From the IMG/VR virus record IMGVR_UViG_3300042923_000281, positions 212,979-276,978 of that record: a stretch of 64,000 nt of DNA, one strand, 5' to 3'. Positions within the stretch are counted from its first letter, which is position 1, and each line of letters starts with the position of its first letter. Of the stretch, positions 54,776 to 64,000 are shown one piece after another. The notes beneath the pieces were generated by a model. It was not told the origin of the DNA, searched no databases, and saw only the letters and a list, made by a program, of their open reading frames with translations. A program made the translations under genes and the position numbers.

Positions 54776-56452
54776 TCAGTTGCTTTGCTCGACGGCCAAG
54801 CCAGTTACGCCCAGTTGAAGCTGAGCGTTTGCGGTTTCCCGAATCCATCGAATGTAGATGGTCTCGCCGACTTTGACGTCGTTGAGGATCGGGAACTCTT
54901 GATTCCACTGGGTCACAGCGAACGGGTACTCACGCGTCTTCGTCTGAATCACGAAGTGCGTAGGTTCGAGTGCTTGGATCTCACTGGTATCGTCGAACAA
55001 ATGGTTGAGTGGGTAGTAAACCTTGTTGAGCCAGCCGTCCAGATCTGTAGCCCCCGCTTTCAGATCCAAGTACGACAGGTTGACGTTGACGAAGCGGTTC
55101 TTGGCAATGACGCCAGCGCCGAAGAACTTCTCTTGCGACGGATCGCACTTGACCTGCCACTTGTCGCCTTTCTCCGAACCGGGCTTCATCAAAGCAAACT
55201 CGGCAGATTGGACGAACTTGTGTTCAGGGAAGATCGGGTCAACGTTACTGAGCAGTACGCCGAACTTCAGGCGCTGACGGGACACGTAGTCCTTGCCATC
55301 GAACGCCACTTCGTTGTCTGGGGTCTCGACAACCGAACGCGGTACACGGTAGTACTGGTCGCGATCGACATTGAAGAGCCAGAAATCCAGATCATACCGC
55401 GACGCTGGATCGTTCCAGGTCGGGAATGCGTACAGACGCACACTATAAGCATTGTCTGCCGCGATTGCTTTGATCGTGAACGGCTCGGTAATGAAGCCAT
55501 TCTCGGTAATCCCGTGTTCCAGGGAGAACTCTTGATCGGACAATTTGTACGACAGGGTCAGCTTGTGAGCGTAGGTCTGGATCGTCGGGGAATACCACCG
55601 CAGCCCGTGCAACGACATCTTGCCAGTGCCATCGAGTACCACTGGGATCTCGAGTTCTTCACCCGTGTTGTACCGCACCACGCCGGTCATGACCACAGTC
55701 TTGAGGTCGACGTTGATAGGTACCACGAGTTGGCTCGAGTCCGCTTCGGACAGGTACGGGCTTTTCAGACCGATGGAACGGATCTGTTTACGACCCGCTG
55801 CCGTACGACGCACCAGCGTAGTGTTTTCCACCAGCATGGTCGAATGGCTCAGGGCGTTACCCACGGCGTTGTACAGCACAACCGTGACCACTTCACCGTT
55901 GGACAGCTTACGGTTCGTGTTGCCCGCCTTAGGCGCCCAGATAGCCCAGTTGTTCAGCTCATCGTGGCCCACATGTTCCAACCCGATGTTCTCGTTCTCG
56001 TACTCGCCCGAAGGAGAATAAGAAGCCGAGATCAAGATACCGTTGTCGGTCTTGTCCGTGCCGAGGAAGACCTTGTAGTGGTCAGCGTCCGAACGGTACA
56101 GGTGGAGACGCCCGTCGATCTGCATCGAGTAAGGCATCTGACGGGTGTCGATGTACACGCGCCATGTTTCCGATTGCGAACCGGTACCGACGCCCAGCAA
56201 CTGGTCGACGATCACGTTGTTCTCGGTGGTGATTGGCAACTTCCACGGAATGAAGGTGCATTTGCCGGTGGAGATGTCGATCGTGGTCACCAGATACCAG
56301 CCTGAGGTCAGGTCAAGGATCAAGTCATCCACGTTGGGGCAGTACAGACCAGTGCCTGGCTTGCCCGTGAAGATCTGACGCATGAACCAGATTCGGGGTT
56401 CTCGTGTCAGATCGACAATACCTACCTGAGGAATGTCTTCAACAGTACTCAT
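54776..56452 (-). CDS. Virion structural protein, probable baseplate (phiKZ gp26-like)
   Basis: 558 aa, beta-rich; synteny with the terminase. Confidence 0.75.
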   Translation of the reverse strand: MSTVEDIPQVGIVDLTREPRIWFMRQIFTGKPGTGLYCPNVDDLILDLTSGWYLVTTIDISTGKCTFIPWKLPITTENNVIVDQLLGVGTGSQSETWRVYIDTRQMPYSMQIDGRLHLYRSDADHYKVFLGTDKTDNGILISASYSPSGEYENENIGLEHVGHDELNNWAIWAPKAGNTNRKLSNGEVVTVVLYNAVGNALSHSTMLVENTTLVRRTAAGRKQIRSIGLKSPYLSEADSSQLVVPINVDLKTVVMTGVVRYNTGEELEIPVVLDGTGKMSLHGLRWYSPTIQTYAHKLTLSYKLSDQEFSLEHGITENGFITEPFTIKAIAADNAYSVRLYAFPTWNDPASRYDLDFWLFNVDRDQYYRVPRSVVETPDNEVAFDGKDYVSRQRLKFGVLLSNVDPIFPEHKFVQSAEFALMKPGSEKGDKWQVKCDPSQEKFFGAGVIAKNRFVNVNLSYLDLKAGATDLDGWLNKVYYPLNHLFDDTSEIQALEPTHFVIQTKTREYPFAVTQWNQEFPILNDVKVGETIYIRWIRETANAQLQLGVTGLAVEQSN

Positions 56453-56490
56453 CTAATCATCACGGGGACCAAGTCCCCGTGCTCCTGAGG

Positions 56491-59061
56491 TTAATCGATT
56501 GGCAGGTGGTCAATGACGATAGAACGGGTGATGTCGATCTTGTCGTTCAGCATCACCTTGATCGCCCGAGCCAGGAAGTTGTACTGGTAGATCGGGAGAG
56601 CGAAGGTCGTGTTGCGCTCATGGGCCTCAATGGCCACGTAACGCTCATCGAACCCTTTGGTGGTCGGCTCGTACTTGAGCAACCACTCGTACCCTTTACA
56701 CCACGTCCGCACATCCACGTCACTGTAGTACTCAGTCAGCGGGATCTGGTCAAAGTACCCACTGATCAAGTCGTGCATCAACTTGCCCACGAAGGGACTG
56801 TACACGGAATGACGGAAGGGGATCAGGTTGACCTCTTGTGGAGGGACCTCACCCGCACGGATGGTCATGTAGTCTTCGATCTGCTGATCAGTGGCTTCCG
56901 CCACCTTACGCATGTCGTACGCATCCTGATACGTCACTCCCCGCAAAGGGATCAACGGCTCAGTGACCTGATACGGAGCACCGTTGCGCACATTCTTCAG
57001 AGTGACTTCTGGACGGTCTTCTGCCCAGCTCAACTCATCACGGCTCCAGATGCGACCATCGGCAATGACACGAATGACCTTGTCATCGCGCAGGTTCCAA
57101 CGGTTGTTACGGCTGAGCAGACCATTCTCCACAAACCCGTACTCCGACTCTTTGACCCGCGACATGTCGGGGTTGCAGAAGCCAGTGTGACGGATGGTGA
57201 TGATGTTCTTCGTGCCAACCTGATTACGGTACTGACGGTTGATGATCATGATCTCTTTATCGACCATGAACCAATCCAGCTTCTCGACCAAAGGATGGCC
57301 GTTCAACCAGATCTCCAGCAACCCGGCCGGGATCTCAACCAAACCCGTGTAGAGCACGCCGTCAATGCGGATCTCTTTCACGTTCAAGCTGAACCGCAAC
57401 AGACCGTCTGCGTAATCCAACTCAAGGCTGTAGGTCAGGAACGAATCATCGAACTTCACCGCGGTGTAGAACTGCTGCGGGTTGACCTTCCACACCACTT
57501 CCCCATTGATGAGGTCGTAATGCGTGGTCTTGTCGGTGACGTCGATCCAATCGCCGGTAGGTAGTGCATTGTCAATCGGGCACACGTAGCAACGGTAGGT
57601 CAGCCCCGCTTTTACCTTGGCGTTCTTTCCGTAGACCGTGGTCAGTACGTCAGTCCCTCGGCCCACGATGCCTTCAATGTAACGGCACGCTTCAGCACGA
57701 GGCACGTAGTTCTGCACGTTCTGGTTCAAGTACCAGCCCAACAGACGACCGGAGCCGTCGTATTCGTAGACCGTGCTTTCACCCCGCAGACCAAATGGCA
57801 ATTCAGTCCAGGCCTTTGGTGAGGTGATCTTCTGCGGCGTGTCCGCCACGATACGGGTGATGGTGTTGTAGCCGTAAGCTTCTTCCACCATCTCACGAGT
57901 GATCGTTCCCGAACGACTGCGCATCAAAGCAGGATACTGAGACTTCTCCAGCTCCTCGATACGCCACACGTCCACCACGGCCTCAGTGCCGATGACCGCA
58001 CCCAGCCATTCACTGTCTTTGAGCTTGTACAGCTCTCGGATGTGATGGGCTTCACTCATCAGTTCGCGATCTAGCCCCGAACGACGAATGAACATCTGCA
58101 CGGTAATCTGGTTGTTGACTGCCCAGTTGGGGTTCTGGTTCAAGAAGCGGTCCACTTGAGCCGTCGGGATCGAATAGTCGCGATGGGTGACCATGCGCAA
58201 CGAATCCTCGGTGTTCTTGTGGTAGTACACGCCCTTGTGAATGTACGGGGTCTTCTTGTACATCAAGAAGATGTCCTGGTCATCGCGGTACCAGATCAGG
58301 TCGTCGTTGTTGGTCTTTGGATGAAGCAAGTACTTCTGCTTCTGATCCAGTTCCGACAAGAAGACCGGCAGGTCCTTGACTTCGAACTCTTCCACCCGTA
58401 CCACCGAGCTGTCCCGCACGATCTCAACGAGATCCCCAACCTTCAGGGTGCTCACGTTGAGTTCATTGACCCGCCAGCCATTGACAAAGGCAAAGCAGTA
58501 GCCGGTCTTCAAACGCATGTCCCGCAGCTTGAACGTCAGGGCGTTGATCTGCGAACTGCTCAGCGGTTTGCCGTAGTGGTACTCAATGCCTTCATACGGA
58601 TCGTTCATGTCGTCCCGATCAAAGAAAGCATTGCTGTAGAACCGCACGTAGATGTTCTCGTAACCGAAGTCACCGATCACCAACAGGTTCTCTACCGCGA
58701 TCACAAGGTTGCCATCGTCGGTATAAAGGAAGTAAGCCAGACGACGAGGAATCATCAGGCCACGTTCACTGTAGATGTCGATCAGCAAGACGGAATCCAC
58801 CATCTGGCTGCTCACGGCTGTCCACGTGTTTCGTTTCAGGTCAAGGTCCAGATTGCTCAGGGCGATGTTACCAAATTGGAACACATGGTAGCGTTCTTTT
58901 GCAGTCGGGAGATTGAAGCGCGTCCATAGCACCTCAATACTTCCCCGAGCCCCGACTTTAGGGCTGATGCGTGCAGGACGAAGGATGTGCTGCCGGTCCT
59001 GCTCCGGCGCACACCACACGTTCTTGTACGCATGGTTGATCAGAAAATCATCGGAGGTCAT
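56491..59061 (-). CDS. Virion structural protein (phiKZ gp27-like)
   Basis: NVWCAPEQDRQ, RMVTHRDYS, YGYN motifs; synteny. Confidence 0.8.
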   Translation of the reverse strand: MTSDDFLINHAYKNVWCAPEQDRQHILRPARISPKVGARGSIEVLWTRFNLPTAKERYHVFQFGNIALSNLDLDLKRNTWTAVSSQMVDSVLLIDIYSERGLMIPRRLAYFLYTDDGNLVIAVENLLVIGDFGYENIYVRFYSNAFFDRDDMNDPYEGIEYHYGKPLSSSQINALTFKLRDMRLKTGYCFAFVNGWRVNELNVSTLKVGDLVEIVRDSSVVRVEEFEVKDLPVFLSELDQKQKYLLHPKTNNDDLIWYRDDQDIFLMYKKTPYIHKGVYYHKNTEDSLRMVTHRDYSIPTAQVDRFLNQNPNWAVNNQITVQMFIRRSGLDRELMSEAHHIRELYKLKDSEWLGAVIGTEAVVDVWRIEELEKSQYPALMRSRSGTITREMVEEAYGYNTITRIVADTPQKITSPKAWTELPFGLRGESTVYEYDGSGRLLGWYLNQNVQNYVPRAEACRYIEGIVGRGTDVLTTVYGKNAKVKAGLTYRCYVCPIDNALPTGDWIDVTDKTTHYDLINGEVVWKVNPQQFYTAVKFDDSFLTYSLELDYADGLLRFSLNVKEIRIDGVLYTGLVEIPAGLLEIWLNGHPLVEKLDWFMVDKEIMIINRQYRNQVGTKNIITIRHTGFCNPDMSRVKESEYGFVENGLLSRNNRWNLRDDKVIRVIADGRIWSRDELSWAEDRPEVTLKNVRNGAPYQVTEPLIPLRGVTYQDAYDMRKVAEATDQQIEDYMTIRAGEVPPQEVNLIPFRHSVYSPFVGKLMHDLISGYFDQIPLTEYYSDVDVRTWCKGYEWLLKYEPTTKGFDERYVAIEAHERNTTFALPIYQYNFLARAIKVMLNDKIDITRSIVIDHLPID

Positions 59062-59082
59062 GACACTCGCCCTTTTGAGTAA

Positions 59083-60393
59083 TCAGTCATTACCTGCGAT
59101 GATCTCATCCAGGTACTTGCTGAAGGTGGTCTTCATTGGCGTTTCGCCAGCCGGGCTGACTTCGTACAGGTTGCCCCGGGAGTCAGCAGCAATGAACACC
59201 GAGTCCACGCCCACGCTTTCGATCACGTACAGGCCTTTGGTCTTGAAGTACTTGCTGATTTCTTTCGTCCCAGCAACCACGTCGAGGTGACCGGCTTTAT
59301 CGCCGAGACCGTAGATCTCGTGACTGCCGATGGCCAGTACGCCGAACTTCTTGAGGAAGGCCACGTAGTCCGGTGCGAACTTCACACCCAGCTCTTTCTG
59401 AGCCAGATCGATCTCGCCTTGCAGTGGTGGCTTGCCGCCTTCGAAGGATTCGGTGGAGACGGTCAGTTGACGCATCTTGCCAGCCAGGGTTTCCATCGAC
59501 TTGACGAACGAACTCATGCCGGCTTCGTTCAAGCCTAGCTTCTGCACGAGCAAGCCCAGGCTGTTACGACGCCACACTTTGGTGTTCGCCGCAGCTTCAA
59601 CCAACGACAGGAAGACCGGTGGATATTCCAGAGCCACGCCACACAGTTCTTCAGCGCCCCAGCCGAACCACGAACGGTTCAGACCCATGACGATAAAGCC
59701 TGCGTTCACCTGCACGATGCGGGTGTTCGAGGAGAAGTGTGCACGCAGAACCGAAACGTAATCTTCCAGCAACGCCATGTAGTTGGAGCTTTCCACTACA
59801 CTCTGGATGATCTGGATCGGATGACGCGTCCAGCGCTGAATCAACTTCATTGCGGTAGCTTTACCATGTGCCGACAGTACTTCGTCTGCACCATAAAACT
59901 GATGGATGTAAAAAAGTCCCGTAATGATCTGAATCTCGCGCGCTGCCACTTCGTCGACGCCGAGCTTGCTTGTGATGAGGCCGGCTACCCAAGAGATGTA
60001 CACTTGAGGAGCCAAATCACCCACTCGCAGGAAATCATCTCGGACTGAGAGGTCTTTAACCCACAGCGCAGTCAGCTCACCCACGCGGACGATAAAGTCT
60101 GCTTGGGTTTGGTTTGTGATAACGAAGCCCGAGGGCGAACGCTTTTCTTCACGCATGAACGACCGGCCGTCACTGAACACGACGCCGTTCTCGTTCAACT
60201 TGCGGCTGCCGTATTCTTCCGATGTGATCGGGAGTTTAAAGGCAGGGATCTTTGCAGCAGCAGGTGTAGCCAAAACTACAGCGGTACCGTCAGCGACCAA
60301 TTGACCCATGGCTTTTGCCACGGCCAGTTCGCTGATAATTTCGCCAGTTTTGTGTTGACGAAGCGCGGTGGAGTTCCAGGGGCTGGTGATCAT
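59083..60393 (-). CDS. Conserved virion protein (phiKZ gp28-like) fused to a C-terminal SMI1/KNR4 (SUKH) domain
   Basis: N-domain with W.G...VALEYPP.F; after VSTES comes EI..AQKELGVKFAPDYVAFLKKFG...EIYG...YVIE...TFSKYL; GAGG RBS, ATG 60393. Confidence 0.82.
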   Translation of the reverse strand: MITSPWNSTALRQHKTGEIISELAVAKAMGQLVADGTAVVLATPAAAKIPAFKLPITSEEYGSRKLNENGVVFSDGRSFMREEKRSPSGFVITNQTQADFIVRVGELTALWVKDLSVRDDFLRVGDLAPQVYISWVAGLITSKLGVDEVAAREIQIITGLFYIHQFYGADEVLSAHGKATAMKLIQRWTRHPIQIIQSVVESSNYMALLEDYVSVLRAHFSSNTRIVQVNAGFIVMGLNRSWFGWGAEELCGVALEYPPVFLSLVEAAANTKVWRRNSLGLLVQKLGLNEAGMSSFVKSMETLAGKMRQLTVSTESFEGGKPPLQGEIDLAQKELGVKFAPDYVAFLKKFGVLAIGSHEIYGLGDKAGHLDVVAGTKEISKYFKTKGLYVIESVGVDSVFIAADSRGNLYEVSPAGETPMKTTFSKYLDEIIAGND

Positions 60394-60559
60394 CTTCGAC
60401 CTCTTCTGTCGCAACCAGTAAAAAATAACAAAATAGTATGTGGTGATGGTATCGAATACATCGAGTACCGAATCCTACGGTTTTTAAATGTAGGCAAGGG
60501 CCATACCATTCGTAACTTCACGCGCGAAGTTGATATTCTTTCCCATGGGAGACATGAAC

Positions 60560-62617
60560 ATGTCGTCTGTTTCGATGGCTTCGTCTTTGCCGAGAACGGA
60601 AGTTCTTGGTTTTAAAGATGTGAGCGGTCAGGGTCAACCGCTGGAGATCGTCAACCTGCCGATCTTCCTGCCCTGGACCCCGCTGTTCACATCCTGGGGT
60701 CCCTCCGACACCGCCATGCTGGTGAGTGGGGGTGGCTTCAGCACTATTTACGGTGCGGACAACTTCTACCCTGGTTCGGCATTCCTGAGCCACCAAGGCG
60801 CCATGTTGCAGAAAGTCATGCAGACTGGTGCAATGGCCTTGGTCCGTCGACTGAAGGCAATCGGTGCAGCAACCGCCAACCTGCGTATCTGGGTTGACAT
60901 GGTCGATGACAAAATCGATCAGTACGAGCGTAACCCAGACGGTACCTTCAAACGTACCAATGGCGCGCTGGTTGTTATCGGTGAGCCTGTGCTTGGCTAC
61001 CGCCTGCGTTTCGTGGTCGAGAAGATCGACGGCGAAGACGGCGTGAAGAAAGCCTCGCCAACCACCGGCACCATGACCAACTGGGACGGCAAACCGTCTA
61101 CCCAGTACCCGCTGATGGATCTGGAAGCCCGTTTCGACGGCGCCAAGGGTTCCAACTTCGGTCTGCGTCTGGTCGCTCCAACCACCAACAGCTCGACTCC
61201 GGTCAACGCTGAACTGGTTGAAGGCCAAGGTGCGTACGTGTACCGCCTGTCGATCCTGGAACGCGCTGGTGTGAATAGCACCGGTCAAGTCCTGATGAAC
61301 CTCGACGGCAACCCGTTCGTTGAGTTCACGCTGAAGCAAGGTGTGGTCGATCCAAAGTCCAACCTGAACTACAGCTACGACAAGCGCATCCTCAAGGCGT
61401 TCGAAAATAACGACCCTGAAGTGTTCTCCGGTTATGGCCCGCTGAAGACGTTCCACGTTTACAGCGCTCACCTGAAAACCGTGCTCGACGCGATCTACGC
61501 CACCGAGAAAGACTTCGGTCTGATCGAAAGCGAGATCACCCCAGAGCAGTCGATCAACCTGTTCGGCGGTACCAACGTCAATGGCGTTCCGTACTACTCC
61601 GTCAAGATCGAAGGTCCTTCTGCCGGCGGCGTGCTGTTCGGCGAGACCGCGACTCACTGGCTGCAAGGCGGTGAAGACGGTGAAGTGACTCCTGAGTCTT
61701 ACGACGAAGCAGTCCAAGGCGAACTGAACGTGTTCGGTGAAGGCGATGTGCCTTACGCTGACCGTGCAAGCTTCCCGATGTCCAGCTTCATCGACACCGG
61801 CTTCACCTTGCCGACCAAGCGTCTGATGTCCAACGTCATGGCGATTCGTCCTGATGCGTGGGTATTGGCGTCGACCCAAGACGTGCTGGAGCCGTTGAAC
61901 ACTCCGGAAGAAGATTCGAGCATCGGCGCTACCCTGCGTAACGCGCTGAGCTTGGTTCCTGAATCCGAGTTCTACAACACCGGCGCCTGCCGTGCTATCG
62001 TCATGAAGCACGCTGGTACCTACCTCGATTCCGACTACGACGGCATCCTGCCGTTCACCGTCGACTTCGCGGTCAAGGTCGCTACCTACATGGGTGGCGA
62101 GCGCATGAAAGCGGGCTACGCGCCTGACAACTCGGCTGGTCGTATTGTGTCTCGCTTCGTCGACCACAACGCCAAGTTCCGTCCGGTCAAGCCGCGCAAC
62201 ACCGACTGGCAAGCTGGTATCTCCTCGGCTGAGCCCTTCGACCACCGTGGTCAAGTGTTCTTCCCGGGTATCCAGACCGTCTACCACGACAACACGTCGG
62301 TCCTCAACTCGTTCTTCCCGATGGCCATCTGCTGCCACCTCAACCGTATCGGTGAGTTGGCCTGGCGCATGTTCACTGGCGACAGCCGCATGACTGCTGC
62401 TGAATACGCCACGAACGTCGATCGGTTCATCGAAGAGCAGATCAAGGATCGTTACGACGGTCGTGCGGACATCACCCCGAGTTCCTACTACACTGCGGCT
62501 GACACTCAGCGCGGTTACAGCTGGCACACGGACATCGAAGGTCTTTTCGACGGCATGAAGACGGTGGAAGTATTGACCGTTGTTGCTGGCCGTCGTCCTG
62601 GTACGGAGACTGAGTAA
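60560..62617 (+). CDS. Tail sheath protein (phiKZ gp29-like)
   Basis: About 685 aa; GFKD.S, LQGG.DG, DTGF.L.TK, PESE.YNT.ACRA, RGYSW; precedes the tube; GGGAG RBS. Confidence 0.9.
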   Translation: MSSVSMASSLPRTEVLGFKDVSGQGQPLEIVNLPIFLPWTPLFTSWGPSDTAMLVSGGGFSTIYGADNFYPGSAFLSHQGAMLQKVMQTGAMALVRRLKAIGAATANLRIWVDMVDDKIDQYERNPDGTFKRTNGALVVIGEPVLGYRLRFVVEKIDGEDGVKKASPTTGTMTNWDGKPSTQYPLMDLEARFDGAKGSNFGLRLVAPTTNSSTPVNAELVEGQGAYVYRLSILERAGVNSTGQVLMNLDGNPFVEFTLKQGVVDPKSNLNYSYDKRILKAFENNDPEVFSGYGPLKTFHVYSAHLKTVLDAIYATEKDFGLIESEITPEQSINLFGGTNVNGVPYYSVKIEGPSAGGVLFGETATHWLQGGEDGEVTPESYDEAVQGELNVFGEGDVPYADRASFPMSSFIDTGFTLPTKRLMSNVMAIRPDAWVLASTQDVLEPLNTPEEDSSIGATLRNALSLVPESEFYNTGACRAIVMKHAGTYLDSDYDGILPFTVDFAVKVATYMGGERMKAGYAPDNSAGRIVSRFVDHNAKFRPVKPRNTDWQAGISSAEPFDHRGQVFFPGIQTVYHDNTSVLNSFFPMAICCHLNRIGELAWRMFTGDSRMTAAEYATNVDRFIEEQIKDRYDGRADITPSSYYTAADTQRGYSWHTDIEGLFDGMKTVEVLTVVAGRRPGTETE

Positions 62618-63483
62618 TGACCGTCCGTCATCGCGACACCCTGCTCGGTAACGGCTTGGGCTACGGCGAGTACAACAACTCGCCGATGGTCAACCTGGCG
62701 ATTGGTGGGCAGAACGCCTACCAGTCTGACCTCCGTTACTTCCACGCCAACACCGACTACGTGCGCCGCAACCTGATCATCAAGGTTCTGCAAGCGCCAC
62801 GTGGTTTCCAATACCTGGACAACCCAGACGCTTACTACAAAGCCCTCAAAGGCATTGTAGAGATGCACGCACAGACGTGGGACGGCTTCAACCGTACCCT
62901 GACTGTGAACAGCGTCGAAGCTCCGGTGTCCGGTGCTGGCGAAATGCAACAGACTCCAAGCAACGTGACGCGTCAGCGTTCCGATCCTTCGATGACCATC
63001 CGTGAGAAATACGGCCGTCCAGTTCAGCGCTTCTTCGAGAGCTGGATCACCGAGCTGATCATGGACCCGGACTCGAAGGTGCCTGGCATCTCCACCCGTG
63101 TCAACAAGCCTACCGACTTGCTGCCGGACATCTACTCGATGAGCATCATTGCTTTCGAGCCAGACCCGTCCTTCACCAAGGTTAACTCGGCCTGGCTGAT
63201 GACCAACATGTACCCAACCACTGCCGGTGATTTCACTGGCCGCCGTGACAAGACGGCTGATGGTGAAGAGTTGGTGCTGTCGATCCCTTGGACCGGCATG
63301 CAGCAAGTGGGTCTGGCCGTCGACCGTTTCGCTCAGCAACTGCTGGATGCGATGCCGAAGACCGGTACCTCTCCAAACCTGAAGCCGTCGTTCGCGACGG
63401 GCGTGGAAGCAGACGTTGCCAAACACAACGTAGGTTTCACCGAGCAGGTAGCGGACTTCAACCGCACTTACATCAAGCTGTAA
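62617..63483 (+). CDS. Tail tube protein (phiKZ gp30-like)
   Basis: 288 aa, TAATG-coupled to the sheath; YVRRN, EKYG, MDP..K.P, AWL.TNM.P patterns. Confidence 0.85.
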   Translation: MTVRHRDTLLGNGLGYGEYNNSPMVNLAIGGQNAYQSDLRYFHANTDYVRRNLIIKVLQAPRGFQYLDNPDAYYKALKGIVEMHAQTWDGFNRTLTVNSVEAPVSGAGEMQQTPSNVTRQRSDPSMTIREKYGRPVQRFFESWITELIMDPDSKVPGISTRVNKPTDLLPDIYSMSIIAFEPDPSFTKVNSAWLMTNMYPTTAGDFTGRRDKTADGEELVLSIPWTGMQQVGLAVDRFAQQLLDAMPKTGTSPNLKPSFATGVEADVAKHNVGFTEQVADFNRTYIKL

Positions 63484-63493
63484 GGCTTGGTGC

Positions 63494-63548
63494 AAAAGAA
63501 AAAAAGAAGAACATACACCGGGAGCCAGATGGCTCCCGGTGTATGCCG
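63494..63548. terminator. Bidirectional 16-bp hairpin
   Basis: A-tract, CATACACCGGGAGCCA-GA-TGGCTCCCGGTGTATG-CCG. Confidence 0.88.
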
Positions 63549-63559
63549 TATGTCACTGA

Positions 63560-63991
63560 TTAGTGAAACAGAACGAACGGACGCAGACGACCAGGTTCTA
63601 CTGGCAGTTGGCCTTTTTCATTGTGCAGTTCGGCACGAGCGTAGTTGCTGGTGCGTGCAGCACGTTCACGACGCAGGCTATCGGCCAACACGAGCAGGAA
63701 CTTGTGCTCGTACTGATCGTAGTCAGCGATGAAGTACATCTCTTTCTTCGCATCGTCTTCGATGAAGACAAACTGGTTGATTTGCGGAATCCATTCACGC
63801 GTTGGGATACGCGATGGACGTTCTGGTTCTTCGGTACGTTGGTGCTCACGAACTTCTTTCACGCTGCTTGCACCGAGTTCATCCCGTTGCAGGGTACGGT
63901 CTTTGCCAACGCCACCCGAAGCAGGACGACGAGGCAGGTCCGACAGGCGTGTACTGACTGCACGGAAGGAGATGTCTTCCAGTGTGAACAC
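63560..63991 (-). CDS. Hypothetical protein, possibly 5'-truncated by the window edge
   Basis: Frame stays open from GTG 63991 to the window end. Confidence 0.65.
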   Translation of the reverse strand: MFTLEDISFRAVSTRLSDLPRRPASGGVGKDRTLQRDELGASSVKEVREHQRTEEPERPSRIPTREWIPQINQFVFIEDDAKKEMYFIADYDQYEHKFLLVLADSLRRERAARTSNYARAELHNEKGQLPVEPGRLRPFVLFH

Positions 63992-64000
63992 CGGGCCTTC

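Noticed and set aside
60518-62527. Long antisense ORFs (e.g. 60518-62527 -, 30084-31979 +, 12672-14714 +, 3066-4985 -, 14994-16457 +, 54713-56305 +)
   Set aside because: They shadow well-supported genes on the opposite strand, lack an RBS, and have the V/H/Q-rich composition expected from biased codon usage.
1-64000. CRISPR array, tRNA, rRNA, intron or intein
   Set aside because: No regularly spaced repeats, cloverleafs or split/expanded core genes seen by eye; a tRNAscan/Infernal run would be needed to exclude them formally.

Overview
This window is a 64-kb slice of a nucleus-forming, phiKZ-related jumbo phage (Chimalliviridae), roughly mid-50s %GC by eye; the host cannot be determined. Most core genes are on the minus strand. 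Reading from right to left: tail tube and sheath (+); three virion genes and the terminase large subunit (-); an accessory block; tubulin PhuZ; a block of small ORFs; family-B DNA polymerase; nuclear shell protein ChmA; non-virion RNA polymerase (nvRNAP) subunits (beta'-N with NADFDGD, gp68-like, beta-C, beta'-C); an SbcD/Mre11 nuclease; ChmC-like and PicA/Imp1-like genes; an SF2 helicase; and a virion RNAP beta' subunit. phiKZ gp numbers come from motifs plus remembered synteny, not from a database search. No tRNA, rRNA or CRISPR array was seen. Most notable observations: (1) about 10 tandem, divergent, apparently paralogous small genes with long overlaps just upstream of the DNA polymerase; (2) a conserved virion gene fused, via an S-T-E head-protease-type site, to an SMI1/KNR4 (SUKH) immunity domain; (3) an acidified GIY-YIG domain lacking its catalytic residues, related to the intact homing endonuclease in the same window; (4) a 971-aa Trp-repeat protein with an internal RBS; (5) a bipartite promoter TTCGAA-N13-TACATTRT at 8 sites; (6) a hairpin+TAT(G/T)CCG terminator family; (7) a structured, G-tract-rich intergenic element.
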